DNA of 64,000 nucleotides from the human T2T-CHM13v2.0 reference genome, Homo sapiens. Both the position numbers and the translations under genes were made by a program. Location: NCBI RefSeq assembly GCF_009914755.1, contig NC_060947.1; one strand, given 5' to 3'. Positions 46,655 to 59,536 of this stretch are shown here, piece after piece (positions within the stretch are counted from its first letter, which is position 1; every line of letters begins with the position of its first letter). The notes under the pieces are model-generated. The model did no database searches and had not been told where the DNA came from. It saw only the letters and a program-made list of their open reading frames with translations.

Positions 46655-47397
46655 ATACTAGTTTTCAATTGTTATAAGTTCATTATAACAAATTACCATG
46701 ACAAACTTTTTTTTTTTTTGAGGTGGTGTCTCACTATGTTGCCCAGACTGGCCTTGAACTCTGGAGTTCAAGTGATTCTTCCACCTCAGTCTCCCAAGTC
46801 ATTGGGACTACAGTTGCATGTCATCATGCCCTGTGACAATCATTTATTATCTCAGGATTTCTGTAGGTCCACAATCCAGGTGGGCTCAACTATGTTCTCT
46901 GCTTTGGTTGTCACGAGGCCAGAATCAAGGTGTCAGAAAGCCTGGGATCTTATGTGGAGGCTCTGGGAGAGAATCTGCTTCTAAGCTCATTCAGGTTGTT
47001 GGCAGAATTCAGTTCCATAAGGTTGTAGAACTGAGGTCTCATTTCCTAGCTGGCTGTTGGCCAGCACCATTCTTTGCTCCTTGAAACTGTGCACCTTCCT
47101 TGCCTCATGGCTTCCTCCATCTTCAAAGCTAACAACAGTATATTGACTCCTTCTTGTGAGTTGAATCGTCCTGACTTCCCTCTCTGCCTTTCTCTTCTGC
47201 CACTAGTCAGGAAAAGCTCTTCACTTTAAGACCTATTTTCCGATTGGGTTGGGCTCACACAGAAAATCTCAGATCTTAAGGTCAAATGACATGGACATTT
47301 AATTACATTAGCAAAATTCCTTCACAATGGTTCTGGGTTATTTCATTGTCCGGAGACAAGAAGCTGGAGAGAGTACCTTTAGAATTCTGCCTACCAT
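46655..47397 (-). mobile_element. MLT1E-type MaLR LTR with a FLAM inserted at ~46705-46832
   Basis: AGAATCTGCTTCTAAGCTCATTCAGGTTGTTGGCAGAATTCAGTTCC; ends TTAGAATTCTGCCTACCA. Confidence 0.8.
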
Positions 47398-47769
47398 AAC
47401 TTAGTTTCTGGTTACTTAAATATTTCAGCACAAGGTAAAATAGAGGTGATAGAAGTAGATATGGAAATGAGGGGAGTGCTGACTACAATTAATATTCAAT
47501 TTTTGTTTCAATTTAAAAAAGTATGCTCTTACCAAAAATAGAGAGCAGTCACAAAGAAAGGGATATTCTAATTAAACACCTTTAGGGATAGACAATTTTC
47601 TTCCTTCTTTCACTTAATTCTTCTAATACTAACTTCATAGGCATGCAGTGGAGCCAATGGAATCACTAATTCAATCAGTTAACATTCAATTTTTAGTGCT
47701 TTCTTTAATCTCTGTGCGTATAGATTGGGATAGCTGAGGTGCACAGGGATTCGAGAGCTGTGATAAACA

Positions 47770-48268
47770 CCTCATTGCTCTCTGTTCAGAGTCTTCACAG
47801 GGCCTAGATCAAAGTGTTGGCTGGCCTGAACTCTTATCTGAGGACTTTGAGAGAGCATCTGCTTCCAACCTCTTTCAGATTGCTGGTTGAATTCAGTTCC
47901 TTGTGGCCATAGGGCTGAGGTCTCTGTTTGTTGGTTGTTAGCAGGGAGCCTCTCTCAGTTCCTTAAGGCCGTCTGGATTCCTTATCACATCGTTCCCTCC
48001 ATCTTCAAACCAATGATGGTGCATTGAGCACATCTCTTGTTTCAGATTATTCTGATTTTTCCTTCTGCTGCATCTCTTTGACTCCAGCCAGAGAAGGTGC
48101 TCTGCTTCTAAGGGTTCATGTGATTAAATTGAACCCACCTGAACAATCCAGGACACTCTGTTTCAAACTCTGTAGTCTTAATTATGTCTGTAAAGTCCTT
48201 TTGCTATGTAATATAGTCACGGGATACAGGGGTTAGAGCATAGACATCTTTGGGGGCCATTACATTCC
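47770..48268 (-). mobile_element. MLT1D-type MaLR LTR
   Basis: GAATTCAGTTCCTTGTGG...CCCTCCATCTTCAAA...GACATCTTTGGGGGCCATT. Confidence 0.75.
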
Positions 48269-48269
48269 C

Positions 48270-48810
48270 AAAGTGATGGAATATGAAGCTGGGAAGAGAA
48301 GCTGGAGTAACATTCTGAAGCTCAAATGTCTGCTAGGAGGCCTACGAGTCATTCTCTAGACTCAAGAGCATTATGTCATTGAAGAATTTTGATCTCTAAG
48401 AAAGACGATCGGGAGCACTGTAGAGAAGTTAGGCTGGAGAAAGACAACAGGACCCAGTTCAAAAATTATTGCATAATTCAGGGAAGAAATGCTGAAGACT
48501 TGGGCCATTTCATGTGTGGTGGGGCAAGGGCCTTGTTTTCTTTATACTTGGTTAATTTTTCACCTGGAAGTCCTACTAAAGCTTCAGATTTCACAGCTGA
48601 TGTTATCTCCTAAAAAAACACTCTCAAGTATGTTCTCTCCTAATACCCTACAAAATACTCTTCACATTTTATGGTGATTACTTATTTAATTGTGTATCTT
48701 CCCTGCTAGATTTCCTTTGCCTATCTTCCCTGCTTCTGTTTTAGATTCGTGAAAAGAGTTATTAGTTCTGGCCCATTCATTTCTGTGTATTTGGCACTAA
48801 ATAATTTATA
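48270..48810. mobile_element. L2 fragments
   Basis: ATTGCATAATTCAGGGAAGAAATGCTGAAGACTTG; purine-rich then pyrimidine-rich L2-like pieces. Confidence 0.45.
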
Positions 48811-50349
48811 TTGCATGGAAGTTACTAAGCAATTTGGTTTCCAGCTTGGGTGTTTTGGTATAGGGCTCAGTTATGAACTGAAGTAGGAAATATACTCCTT
48901 ATGCTTCATCTGCTTCCTAATGGAAAACATTGGGCTTGCCTTGATTCCATTGCTGAAATACTTTTAAACTTTGTATGAACTTTAAAGCCAGCAGAGGACT
49001 GAATGTGTTAAGTGATGACACTAAATTCTACGACACACATTGAATTTACCATGTTTTTCTTAACCCAATTTGCCTTGTGAGATGGCGTGTGTGTGTGTTT
49101 GTATGTTTAAAGCCATTGTGTTTGTCCATCTGCATTGCGGATTGGTATACATTAATGAAGTGTTTTGCAATAGAACTCAATATTTTTGTATATTTCTAAT
49201 GATAAGGTCGAACCTGGAAGGATTATCTTATGATGGAAAGGTTTTTATAGTTGCATCAATACTTAATTTAGCAATAGTTGTTCAGGTAGCTTTTTTGAGC
49301 TGACACTACTCAGAGGAAGACCTCATTTTGTCATTATCAGATACGGGCCTGACCAACTGGCAAAGAGAATAACAATCAGAGAATGTATTGATTTCCTTTA
49401 GCAAGTTGAAGACATTACCGTCATTAGTTCTAAGGCTTTGGATCATTTAGGAAGGTTGGGGCTCCTTGAACAAGTTCCCTGTAACTCTCTTCAGTTTGTC
49501 ACCTTATTAACAAAGTTTTTCTTTTTTTCTTTTTCCTTTTGAACTGTAAGAGCAACTGTATAATCTAATATGAATGTTTTATGAAATAGTATTGTCAACC
49601 ACTGATGTTTTACGGAAATGCACACTGGGTGGTATAATTATTTAAAGTTTAAAATGTGCTGAACAGAGCTCTGTTTTAATAAGCATTTCAGAAGTTGAAT
49701 AGACTGAAGTTCAAAGGACAAATGCTTTTTAAACAAAATTATTCATTTCATTTCCCATGTTTGAAATGAGTAGTTTAAAGCTGCTATTCAAGCTATAAAG
49801 GATTTCCTTTGTCTTAATTGTTAATACAATTAACTGCAGTGTAATATCTGCTGGTTTGAACAATAATATTATACATTAATGAGGTTTATGCTAATTTTTA
49901 TCCTCAGACATCAATTTTCCAGATAAAAGCACACACAAATTTTGCATTTTTCCTTTAATTTAAATTCACATAAATATTTGTTTACTTTGCTTAGTATCCA
50001 TATTATCTAATATATGAGCACATTATAATCAGTTTTAAATTTTTTCTTTCATTGAATCTAGTTTATTTCAGGAGCACCATGAGAACAGCAATTTTTGAGC
50101 AAGATCAATGGTCTTTCTTCTGCTATATGGCAGATACTTAGAATATATGCTAGTACGGACTGTTTGCCTCTTTGGAAATGAGACATCTGAGGTGGAGTTT
50201 GAGATAGTCTCAGGAAAAGACGAAGGTGGAGGAAGCCTGCAAAATGGTGCTGGAGTTAGAATAGCTATAAAGAGAATGAGTGAGACACAGTGATACTAGA
50301 ACTTTCCTGTATTTATTCTTATATAAACAATTTAAAAAAATATTTTAAA

Positions 50350-50615
50350 TTTAAAAGATTTATTTGGCCAATAATAATTGTACATAATTATGGGGCACAA
50401 TGTGATGTTTTGATAGATACATAAAATGTGAAATGATTAAATCAAGCTAATTAATATATCCATCATCTCACTTATCATTTTTTGGTAAGACATGAAATTT
50501 TCTCTCTTAACAACTTCAAAATATACATTATTATTAACTATAGTCACCAAGCTTTGTAATATACCTCAAAAACTTATTTCTTCTAAGTGAAAGTTTGTAC
50601 CTTTTGACCAACATT
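50350..50615 (-). mobile_element. L1MA-type 3' end fragment
   Basis: AATAATTGTACATA...ATGATTAAATCAAGCTAATTAA...TTATTAACTATAGTCACC. Confidence 0.85.
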
Positions 50616-50653
50616 GGAAAATCTCCCCTTTAAACATGCTAGCAAATCCTTTT

Positions 50654-51960
50654 GAAAATTAGCTTGAAATTTTAACACAAATAAGTTGAATACATTCTAA
50701 TTAGTGCCACTGAAGCTTGATGGGAAGATACTCAGTGAAAAATTGCAACTAATGCTAATATTCTGTTCAAAAACAGATTGAACAGGAGAAAAAACATCAG
50801 AGGTTGCAGAGATACAGAGTGAAAAAAAAAATCCATGAATCTCCAGGCAAAAGCATGGTGAGGAGAAATACCAAAGTAACATAATTGTGAGAATCCCATA
50901 TGAACTGTTTGGTCACATGGAGCATATGAATGATACTTTCAACACCCATCACACAAGTGGGCACATTGGCAAAACAAATCTTAATGGGGATTTGAATTTT
51001 CAAGAGATATGTCTAAAGTCTCAGTGTTCTGAAAGCAGAGCATATGATGAATTCTTGACTTGCCTAACAATTTTACCTTATCGGCAACTGAAGAAGCAAT
51101 GAAGGAAAGCTTTCTCTGGAATTAGGATTGCAAAGAATATGCATTATGTATGAGGTATTGTGATTTCAGCAAAACATATGGCAAAAATGATTTAATCTAC
51201 AAAAGTGGATTAAATGCTAAAATAGGGATATGGACCATACTGTAAAGGCAGGTTCATATTCATAACTGGTTGAATAACTCAATGCAAAGTCTTGATTGGG
51301 GATCATTGTTAACCTAAAGAAAGATCTCTAGTGCCTTGCCACAGAACTCTGTATCTGCTTCTGTTCCTTTCTATATATTGAGCAATTATCTGGATCAAGA
51401 CACAATAGTTTTGCTTGTAGAATTTGCTGATGATTCAATTCTGAGAAAGAGAACAGGTAAGATGAATAAAAGACTCAAGATTCAAACTCATATATAGGTT
51501 GGAAGAATGGCCCCAAAGTAATAAGATGAAATTTAATGGGGGTAATGATGAAGTTCTATACATTGATTTAAACATAGAAACATTCATAGAATTTCCACTG
51601 TACAATTCATAATGGTGAATGGCTTAGTATTATAGCATTATTATGAAAAAGACTCAGCCTTTTATTGCACTGCCAACTCAACATGGGCCAACACTATGAT
51701 ATGGCAGCCAGAAAAGCGAATGACTATGTTGGGTTGAGTTAAAGGAAGCACAGAGTACAATAAAAGGGAGTTAGATCATTCCAAAAGCACTCTGTTAAGT
51801 TTTTGTGCTGCTTTTTTTTTTTTTTTTATTGATGAACTGCTAATGTCCAGAGGGGAAGGCCTGGGTAATATCATGTCACATGAGAAAAGATGGAACAAAC
51901 TAGGGCTATTGATTCTAGAAAAGAAGAAACTTAAAAGGGATAAAAAAAAGAGTGTCTATT
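50654..51960 (+). mobile_element. L3/CR1 LINE: EN segment joined to RT C-terminal segment
   Basis: Translation GDLNFQEICL...SRAYDEFLTCL resembles CR1 EN (GDFNYPDICW...SRASDKFLTCL); AATTTGCTGATGA (FADD) at ~51421; ATAAGATGAAATTTAAT. Confidence 0.8.
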
Positions 51961-52239
51961 TATTAGAAATGATTCTAATAATGATCTAATAATGATTAGG
52001 CTTCCTCTGTACATTTAGTACCTAGCACAGCCTGGTACACAGTAGATACCAAAAAAAAAAAAAGTTGTTAAAATTCATTCAATGAAAAATTATTTTCTTA
52101 TATGGCAGTTATTATTTTAAGTGCTCAGTATACAGCATTGAACAAAACAAACATGGTCCTTGTCCTTGTAGAACTTATATTCTAAGGAGAGGAGAGAGAA
52201 GATAAACTGAACAGATAGCTACATAATGTAATACCAGAC

Positions 52240-52495
52240 AGAGAGTGGTTAAAAGTGAGGGCTCTGGAACTGGACTGCCTGGCTTCAAATCTTTGCTCAC
52301 GCTTACCAGCTCTGTGTGACCTTATACAAGTTATCTACTCTTTCTGTAACTCAATTTTCTCATATGTAAAATTGAGATATTAATAGTGCCTACCTCAAAG
52401 AGTTCTGTGAGGGTTAAATGAGGCACTCCATGTAAAGTTCTGTGGACAGTGTCTGGTATAAAGTAAGTATTCAGTAATAACTATTATTGTTATAG
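52240..52495 (+). mobile_element. MIR SINE
   Basis: GTGGTTAAAAG...GCTCTGGAAC...TGTGTGACCTT...GTGCCTACCTCA. Confidence 0.85.
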
Positions 52496-52844
52496 TCATA
52501 AATGCTCTGAAGAACGAAAAGCATGGTAAGGTGACAGATCAAAGAATGGGAAAGGAACATCATTCCAGAGAATTGTGTGTAGAAGATACATGAAGACACA
52601 TTGGAATTATGACGTGTCATATTTCTACACCATTTCACATGTTCATCTTCCCCCATTTGTCCTCCACTCCTTTATTTGCCTGGATGATCTCCGTTTACCT
52701 TTTGAAATCAAGCTCAGATAGCACCTCACCTAGAAGGCTGAACTGACCCCCTTTGCTACTAGAGCTGGCTATTCTCTCTTCCATGCTACTTTTATTTTTT
52801 AAAATTTATCACAAGGTATTATATTAAAATGTATGAGAAGGTCT

Positions 52845-53225
52845 AAGGCATAATGGTTAAGATCTCAGATTTTGGAATCAGATAGAACTGAGTTTGAATT
52901 ACCAATCCATCACTTACTGACTGTTTGACCTTGAATAACCACTATATCTCTCCAAACCTTGGTTTTCTCATTTGTAAATTTGGGATAATAATATATACTC
53001 TATAAGGTATTTTTTATAATTAAATGAGAAAATGTATGCAAGAAGCAGTACAGGGTTTTAATCCCAGCTCCATCCCTTAGATATGTGAATTTGGAGAAGC
53101 CATTCAACTTCTCAAAACTTCATTTTTCTTAATCTGCAAATGGGAGAATTAATCCTTTCTTCCAGAGTTATTGTAAGAATTAAAAAATGTATATAAAGCG
53201 CCTGGAACATAGTAGGCTCTGAATA
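52845..53225 (+). mobile_element. Two adjacent MIR SINEs
   Basis: Two cores: TTTTCTCATTTGTAAA and TTCTTAATCTGCAAATGGG. Confidence 0.8.
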
Positions 53226-53254
53226 TATGCTTGTCAAATTGAGTTTGATTGGCA

Positions 53255-53522
53255 ATCAGAGCTTTTAGAAAGAGTTGCCTTTTGAAGCCATAAGTTCCTT
53301 GTTATATTATGAGGTGGTCATAGTAGATGGCAATATACTGGAGACGTTGTAGAGGGGATTCCTGCAATAGCATAGTGGATGGATGAGGTCAGTACTTCCC
53401 AAACTTTCATCCATAGACCAGTTGCAGCAACCCCATCAAGTCTAAATTAATAGGTGTGGGATGAGAACCATCAATCTAGGTGACTACTAAATTGCCTCCA
53501 ACTCAAAGGTTAATGATTCTGT
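53255..53522 (+). mobile_element. L3/CR1 3' end with MER5-like insert (~53390-53490)
   Basis: GTTGTAGAGGGGATTCCTGCA...CCAACTC...TGATTCTGT. Confidence 0.65.
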
Positions 53523-54441
53523 AAATTAGAATTTAGTTCATAAGTTATGGACTTCATTAATTTCATCAAATGAACTCCTCTCTGTATCCTTTGTACCCAG
53601 GCTTTCACTTTTTGCACCGACGCATATTATTAAATGGTTTCTTAACTACACTAAGCCCAAGAAAAATGATTTTCATTTATCTTCATTTATTTATTTATGC
53701 ATTAAATTTAAGTAGAGTCAGACATTCAAGAATCATGTTTTCATGCTGTGTGAGATAATTGGTTAATCTTAGTTTAAGTTTTCCCATTATTCAATATGCT
53801 TACTTTTTACTTAAAACTGTGTTACCATTGCCAAAACTTTCCCAAGGCAACTTCTTGAATCTGAAGTTGCAGAATTACAAGTTGCCAAAGTCAACCATGA
53901 CACAAGTGTAGAAGGTAAGAGAACTTATATCATATGGCCTTGGGCAAACACCTTTGTCCTGCTGTGTGTCAACTTCCTCATCTGCAAAATGGGAAGAGGA
54001 AAATGCAGATAAGGTATTTCTTATAAAGCTTTTTAAATATGAGAAAATGTTATCTACTTTGTGATTTTCATTAATTTTGATATTACAGATTTTTTTCTGA
54101 ATTTTTGCATTTGGATTCATTTTTAAAGATTTGCATATTTTAAAAATGTTTTGAATACCTAAATATCAAGGTACAGAGATGTTAATACCTGGTAGAAATT
54201 TACTTGCATTTGATACTAATGTACAAAAGACATATTGAAGGAAATATAGCTAGGAAATTAGGAAAAAGGAGAGGGAAGTTGAATTGGGGAAAGAAAGGTT
54301 TTTTCAACAGTGTGGACTCATTGAAAATATTAGGGGAACAAGCTGAAGTTTTGAACTCCTCTACTTGGGAAAATATTTTAGAAATGCTTATTTCCAATTT
54401 GTACGTATTTTGGGTGTCGTGGCTCCTTATGGCTTCTTTTC

Positions 54442-55505
54442 TTTTCTCTTTTCTTTTTATTTCATAAAAAAAAAAAGGAATATATGTGCAGAACGTGCAG
54501 GCTTGTTACATAGGTATACGTGTGCCACCATGGTTTGCTGCACCTATTGACCCATCCTCTAAGTTTCCTCCCCTCACCCCTCACCCTGCAACAGGCCCTG
54601 GTGTGTGTTGTTTCCCTCTCTGTGTCCATGTGTTCTCATTGTTCACCTCCCACTTATGAGTGAGAACATGTGGTGTTTGGTTTTCTGTTCCTGTGTTAGT
54701 TTGCTGAGGATGATGGCTTCCAGCTTCATCCATGTCCCTGCAAAGGACATGATCTCATTCTTTTTTTCTGGCTGCATAGTATTCCATGGTATATATGTAC
54801 CATATTTTCTTTATTCAGTCTATCATTGATGGGCATTTGGGTTGGTTCCATGTCTTTGCTATTGTGAATAGTGCTGCAATAAATATGTGTGCATGTGTCT
54901 TTATAGTAGAATGATTAATAATCCTTTGGGTATATACCCAGTAATGGGATTGCTGGGTCAAATGCTATATGTGGTTCTAGATCCTTGAGGAATTGCCATA
55001 CTGTCTTCCGCAATGGTTGAACTAATTTACATTTCCAACAATAGTATAAAAGCGTCCTATTTCTCCACAGCCTCACCAGCATCTATTGTTTCCTGACTTT
55101 TTAATAATTGAGATTCTGACTGGCATGAGATGGTATCTCATTCTGGTTTTGATTTGCATTTCTCTGATGATCAGTGATGTTGAGCTTTTCTTCATATGTT
55201 TGCTGGCCATGTAAATGTCTTCTTTTGAGAAGTGTCTGTTCATATCCTTTGCCCACTTTTTGATGGGGTTGTTTGTTTTTTCTTGTAAATATACTTAAGT
55301 TGCTTGTAAATTCTGGCTGGATATTAGACCTTTGTCAGATGGGGAGAATGCAAAATTTTTCTCCCATTCTGTAGGTTGACTGTTTACTCTGATGATAGTT
55401 TCTTTCACTGTGCAGTAGCTCTTTAGTTTAATTAGACCCCATTTGTCAATTTTGGCTTTTGTTGCAATTGCTTTTGGTGTTTTTGTCATGAAGTATTTGC
55501 CCATG
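54442..55505 (-). mobile_element. 5'-truncated L1PA10-like element
   Basis: AAAAAAAAGGAATATATGTGCAGAACGTGCAGG 3' signature; TSD TATGGCT(T/G)CTTTTC at 54428-54441 and 55506-55519. Confidence 0.9.
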
Positions 55506-56659
55506 TATGGCTGCTTTTCATGTCCTCACAACATGGACATGTATGAGCCAATTATGATAATGTGGTTGTTATCAGGGTCTTAGAGAGTCTATTTTGAAGG
55601 AATCCAAAGCAGACTTGAAAAGTATCTCTTTATACTCCCTTTTAATGTCTTTGTAAAATATATTTGAGGATCAAGAAATATCTGGGTTTTAAACAAAAGG
55701 AGCTATAAACATACTGGGTTTTATTATAACTGACAAATCCTATTAGGTATTTATAACTCTTCCGACTCTTGTTTCTTTCTATTTTAATTGTTAGTATTTC
55801 TTTGTCCTACAGGAAAGACACTCTTGGTTATATTTTGACAAGTCACCTTTTTTTATTCTCATTTTTCTGCATTACTTAGTTGCAGAGAGTGGATACAATT
55901 CAACAAGGTTAAGAGAGATAATCTCTTGCTAAAAGTAACTAATTCTGCATCATTTCCAATTATGCAAAGAATTGAACAGTAAATCAGAATTTTTCCATAC
56001 TCTGGAAGAAGTACTTAATTTTAACTGAACGTCAAATCGTTAAAGGTAACAAAGATGGAGTGTACGCAGAAGCACTTGTGAAAGAGTTATGATTCTATTC
56101 TAATTATACCAATTTATTTTTTTAATGAAAGTATTCTCCTGTAATTATTTTGATAAATTCTCTTAACACCCTCCTCCTTCTTTGCTCCGCAGTTATTATC
56201 CCACTGGTAGCCAGTGCAGGCAATTGCCAGAATTATCTTTATATTTAGTCCATAAGAAGTTTATAATTTTGCAAGTGACCACTTAAGTGATGAGAACATT
56301 CCCAGGTCCCTTGAGGAGTTATCTAGTTGCTTGGCTTTAAAGTTGTTTGACCCATAAGAGGTCATGAAAGGAGACTCCACTTATAAATTTCTATGCATGT
56401 ATGATATCCTTTTAGCTTGTTCTTGCTGCTGAATTTTGATTGCCTTAACTTTATACTCCTGGTCTTTGAATTAGTAGGTTAAAGTCTGTTTTTTACAGAG
56501 GTATACTTAGCTGAAGTAGTCACCGTGTCACTTTATGTTTCAGTTTCTAGGGATAAAGTTATTTATTTGTTTATGCATTTAAGTGTTTTGAAACTCATAT
56601 GACTCATGACTATTTAAGCTACTCAAATGTAACTGTTTATTCTGCTTCCAGAAGTAAAT

Positions 56660-57307
56660 GTTGCCTTGAATCAATATAACACTCTTTTGTTCAGTGTCTT
56701 GCCCAGTGCTCTCAGAAACTGCTTGGATAGTACAATCCATATACATATTTTAGCATCTTGTCCCTAATAATCATAGAGCACTTTTGTTATATATTTTGCT
56801 GAAATCAAAATACTTTATGAGTGTGCAATACATATTCTTGACAACCCTACTTTCGGAGAAATCGTTTTCTTCATTCCTTCTTCAATGAAGAATGACTATA
56901 AGGTAAAATTGTTAGGCAAGTCAAGAATTCATCATATGCTCTGCTTTCAGAATACTGAGACGCATAGTTCTTGAAATTCAAGTCCCCATTAAAGTTTGTT
57001 TTGCCAATGCACCAGTTAGTTGTGTGACAAATACTCAAAGTATCCCCCATATATCCTCCACGTGGCCAAACAGGTCATATGGAATTCGCAAGATAATGTT
57101 ATTTTGGTATTTCTCCTCACTATGCTTTTGCCTCAAGATTCATGGATTTTTTTTTGTTCTGTAACTTTGCAACATCTGATGCGATTTCTATTTTTGAATA
57201 GATTATTACCATTAATTGCAGTTTTTCATTGACTATCTTCCCAAGTCTCAGTGACACTTAGTCAACTTTATTTAACCTCTTTGTGTGAGAATTTCAAGCT
57301 ACTTTCA
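56660..57307 (-). mobile_element. Second L3/CR1 segment: inverted duplicate of 50654-51250
   Basis: Reverse complement aligns colinearly with 50654-51250, including a 55-bp exact match. Confidence 0.88.
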
Positions 57308-57471
57308 TTTACTACCCATACTGTTGAAATTGTGATAAAACATCTAAGGGTAAAACTATGGGTCACAAGTACCTTTCCTATCATTTCCCCATGACAATTA
57401 TTGAGATAATTTTCCTTTTTTTTTTTTTTTTGCTTTTTTCCTGTACTTTCATAATCAGATTCAGGCACATA

Positions 57472-58948
57472 TTTTTTTGTTGTTGTTATTTTGTTTTAGA
57501 TTCAGGGGTACACATACACATTTGTTACATGGATACATTGTGTAATGGTGAGGTTTGGGCTTCTAGTGTAACTATCACCCAAATATTGAATATTGTACCC
57601 AACAGGTAATTTTTCAACCCTCACTTCCTCTCACCCTCTCCCATTTTTGAGTCCCCAGTGTCTATTATTTCCATTTTTTATATCCACGTATATCGATTGT
57701 TTAGCTCCCACTTATAAGTGAGAACATGTGGTATCTGATTTTCTGTTTATGAGTTACTTTACTTAGGATAATGACCTTCAGCTTCATCCATGTTGCTGCA
57801 AAGACATGATTTTGTTCTTTTTTATGGCTGCATAGTATATCATGGTATATATATACCTCACATTTCCTTTCTCCAATCAACTATTGATGGGCACTTAGGT
57901 TGGTTCCATGACTTTGCTTTTGTGAATAGCACTGTAATAAACATACAAGTGCAGATGTCTTTTTGATAAAATGATTTCCTTTGGGTAGATACCCAGTAGT
58001 GGGATTGGTGGGTCAAATGATAGTTCTGTTTTTAGTTCTTTGAGAAATCTCCTTACTGTTTTCCATAGGGGTTGAACTAATTTACATTCTCACCAACAGT
58101 GTATAAGTGTTCCCTTTTCTACATATCCTCCCCAACATGTGTCTTTTTTTTCTTTCTTTCTTTTTAATAGTAGCCATTCTGACTGGCATGAGATGGTATT
58201 ACATTGTGGTTTTGAATTGCATTTCTCCAACGATTAGTGGTGATTGAGCTTTTTTTCATATGCTTGTTGGCCGCATATATGTCTTCTTTTAAGAAGTTCT
58301 GTTCATTTCCTTTGCTCATTCTTTTAATGGGGTTGTTTGCTTTTTGCGTGTTGATTTGTTTAAGTTCCTTATAGATTCTGAGTTTTAGACCTTTGTCAGA
58401 TACATAGTTTGCAAATATTTTCTCCCATTCTGTGGGATGTCTTGTTCACTCTGTTGATAGTTTCTTTTGCTGTGCAAAAGCTCTTTGTTTAATTATTAGT
58501 TTGCTGCAAAAGTAATCGTGGTTTTTGCCATTAAAAGTAATGCTCTCAACCGCAATTACTTTTGCACCAACCTAATAGGTCCCACTTGTCAATTTTTGTT
58601 TTTGTTGCAATTGCTTTTGGACATTTAATCATGAAATCTCTGCCAAAGCCGCTGTATGAAACAGTATTTCCTAGGTTTTCTTCTAGGGTTTTAATAGTTT
58701 TAGGTCTTACATTTAAGTCTTTAATCCGGTGTGAGTTGATTTTTGTGTATGGTAAAGGAAGGGGTCCATTTTCAATCTCCTGCATCTAACTAGCTAGTTA
58801 TCTCATCACCGTTTATTGAAAAGGGAATCCTTTCCCCACTGTTTGTTATTGCCAACTTTTTCGAAGATCAGATGGCTGTAGGTGTGCGACTTTACTTCTG
58901 TGTTCTCTAACCTGTTCCATTGGTCTATGTGTCTTTTGTACGACCAGG
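57472..58948 (-). mobile_element. 5'-truncated L1PA16/17-like element
   Basis: TTTTAGATTCAGGGGTAC...AATGGTGAGGTTTGGGCTTCTAGTG...GAGTCCCCAGTGTCTATT. Confidence 0.88.
58496..58575. mobile_element. MADE1 (Hsmar1-derived MITE), 80 bp, TA duplication
   Basis: TTAGTTTGCTGCAAAAGTAATCGTGG...CCGCAATTACTTTTGCACCAACCTAA, flanked by TA at 58494-95 and 58576-77 inside the L1. Confidence 0.95.
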
Positions 58949-59479
58949 GTACTATTTTTATTAGAAGTGGTGTGCGTGTGTTTGTGCACACACACACATA
59001 TATACATGTTTTTTTTTTTCACCTCCATACTTAATAGACTAAGAATCTCATTACTTTCCTGTAAAGATGTCAGCTTTAAATTTTGCCAGTTTTGGCAACG
59101 GTTTTCACACAGCTGTATCTGCTTCCTATTTGCAAGGTATAAAGAAAAGAAATTTTAAAGTTTTGTTTTGAAATCTAAATGGAAGAGGTGCTTATTAACA
59201 AGGTGTCTTTTTTTATATGTGAAAAACCAAGCATGCTCATTCTACTAAAGAGCAAACAATTTTAGTCACACTGTAGCTGTATTATGTAAATCAACATTTA
59301 TAATGGGAGCAACAGCAACAATTCTTGTGATGTCCAAATCAGAGTTTGGAAAAAGGAGGAGGAAACTCATGACTGCATGTGGGTATTCGGCTCTAAAGTT
59401 TGATGAAACTTTTCAGAAATTTGAGAGTATCTCAGGCCAGCCACTGATATCTCACAAGGTTTGGCATTTAACAACACAG

Positions 59480-59481
<2 letters not shown>

Positions 59482-59518
<37 letters not shown>

Positions 59519-59536
59519 CACTCATGCACACACACA
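59482..59536. repeat. (CA)n microsatellite
   Basis: Direct reading. Confidence 0.95.
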
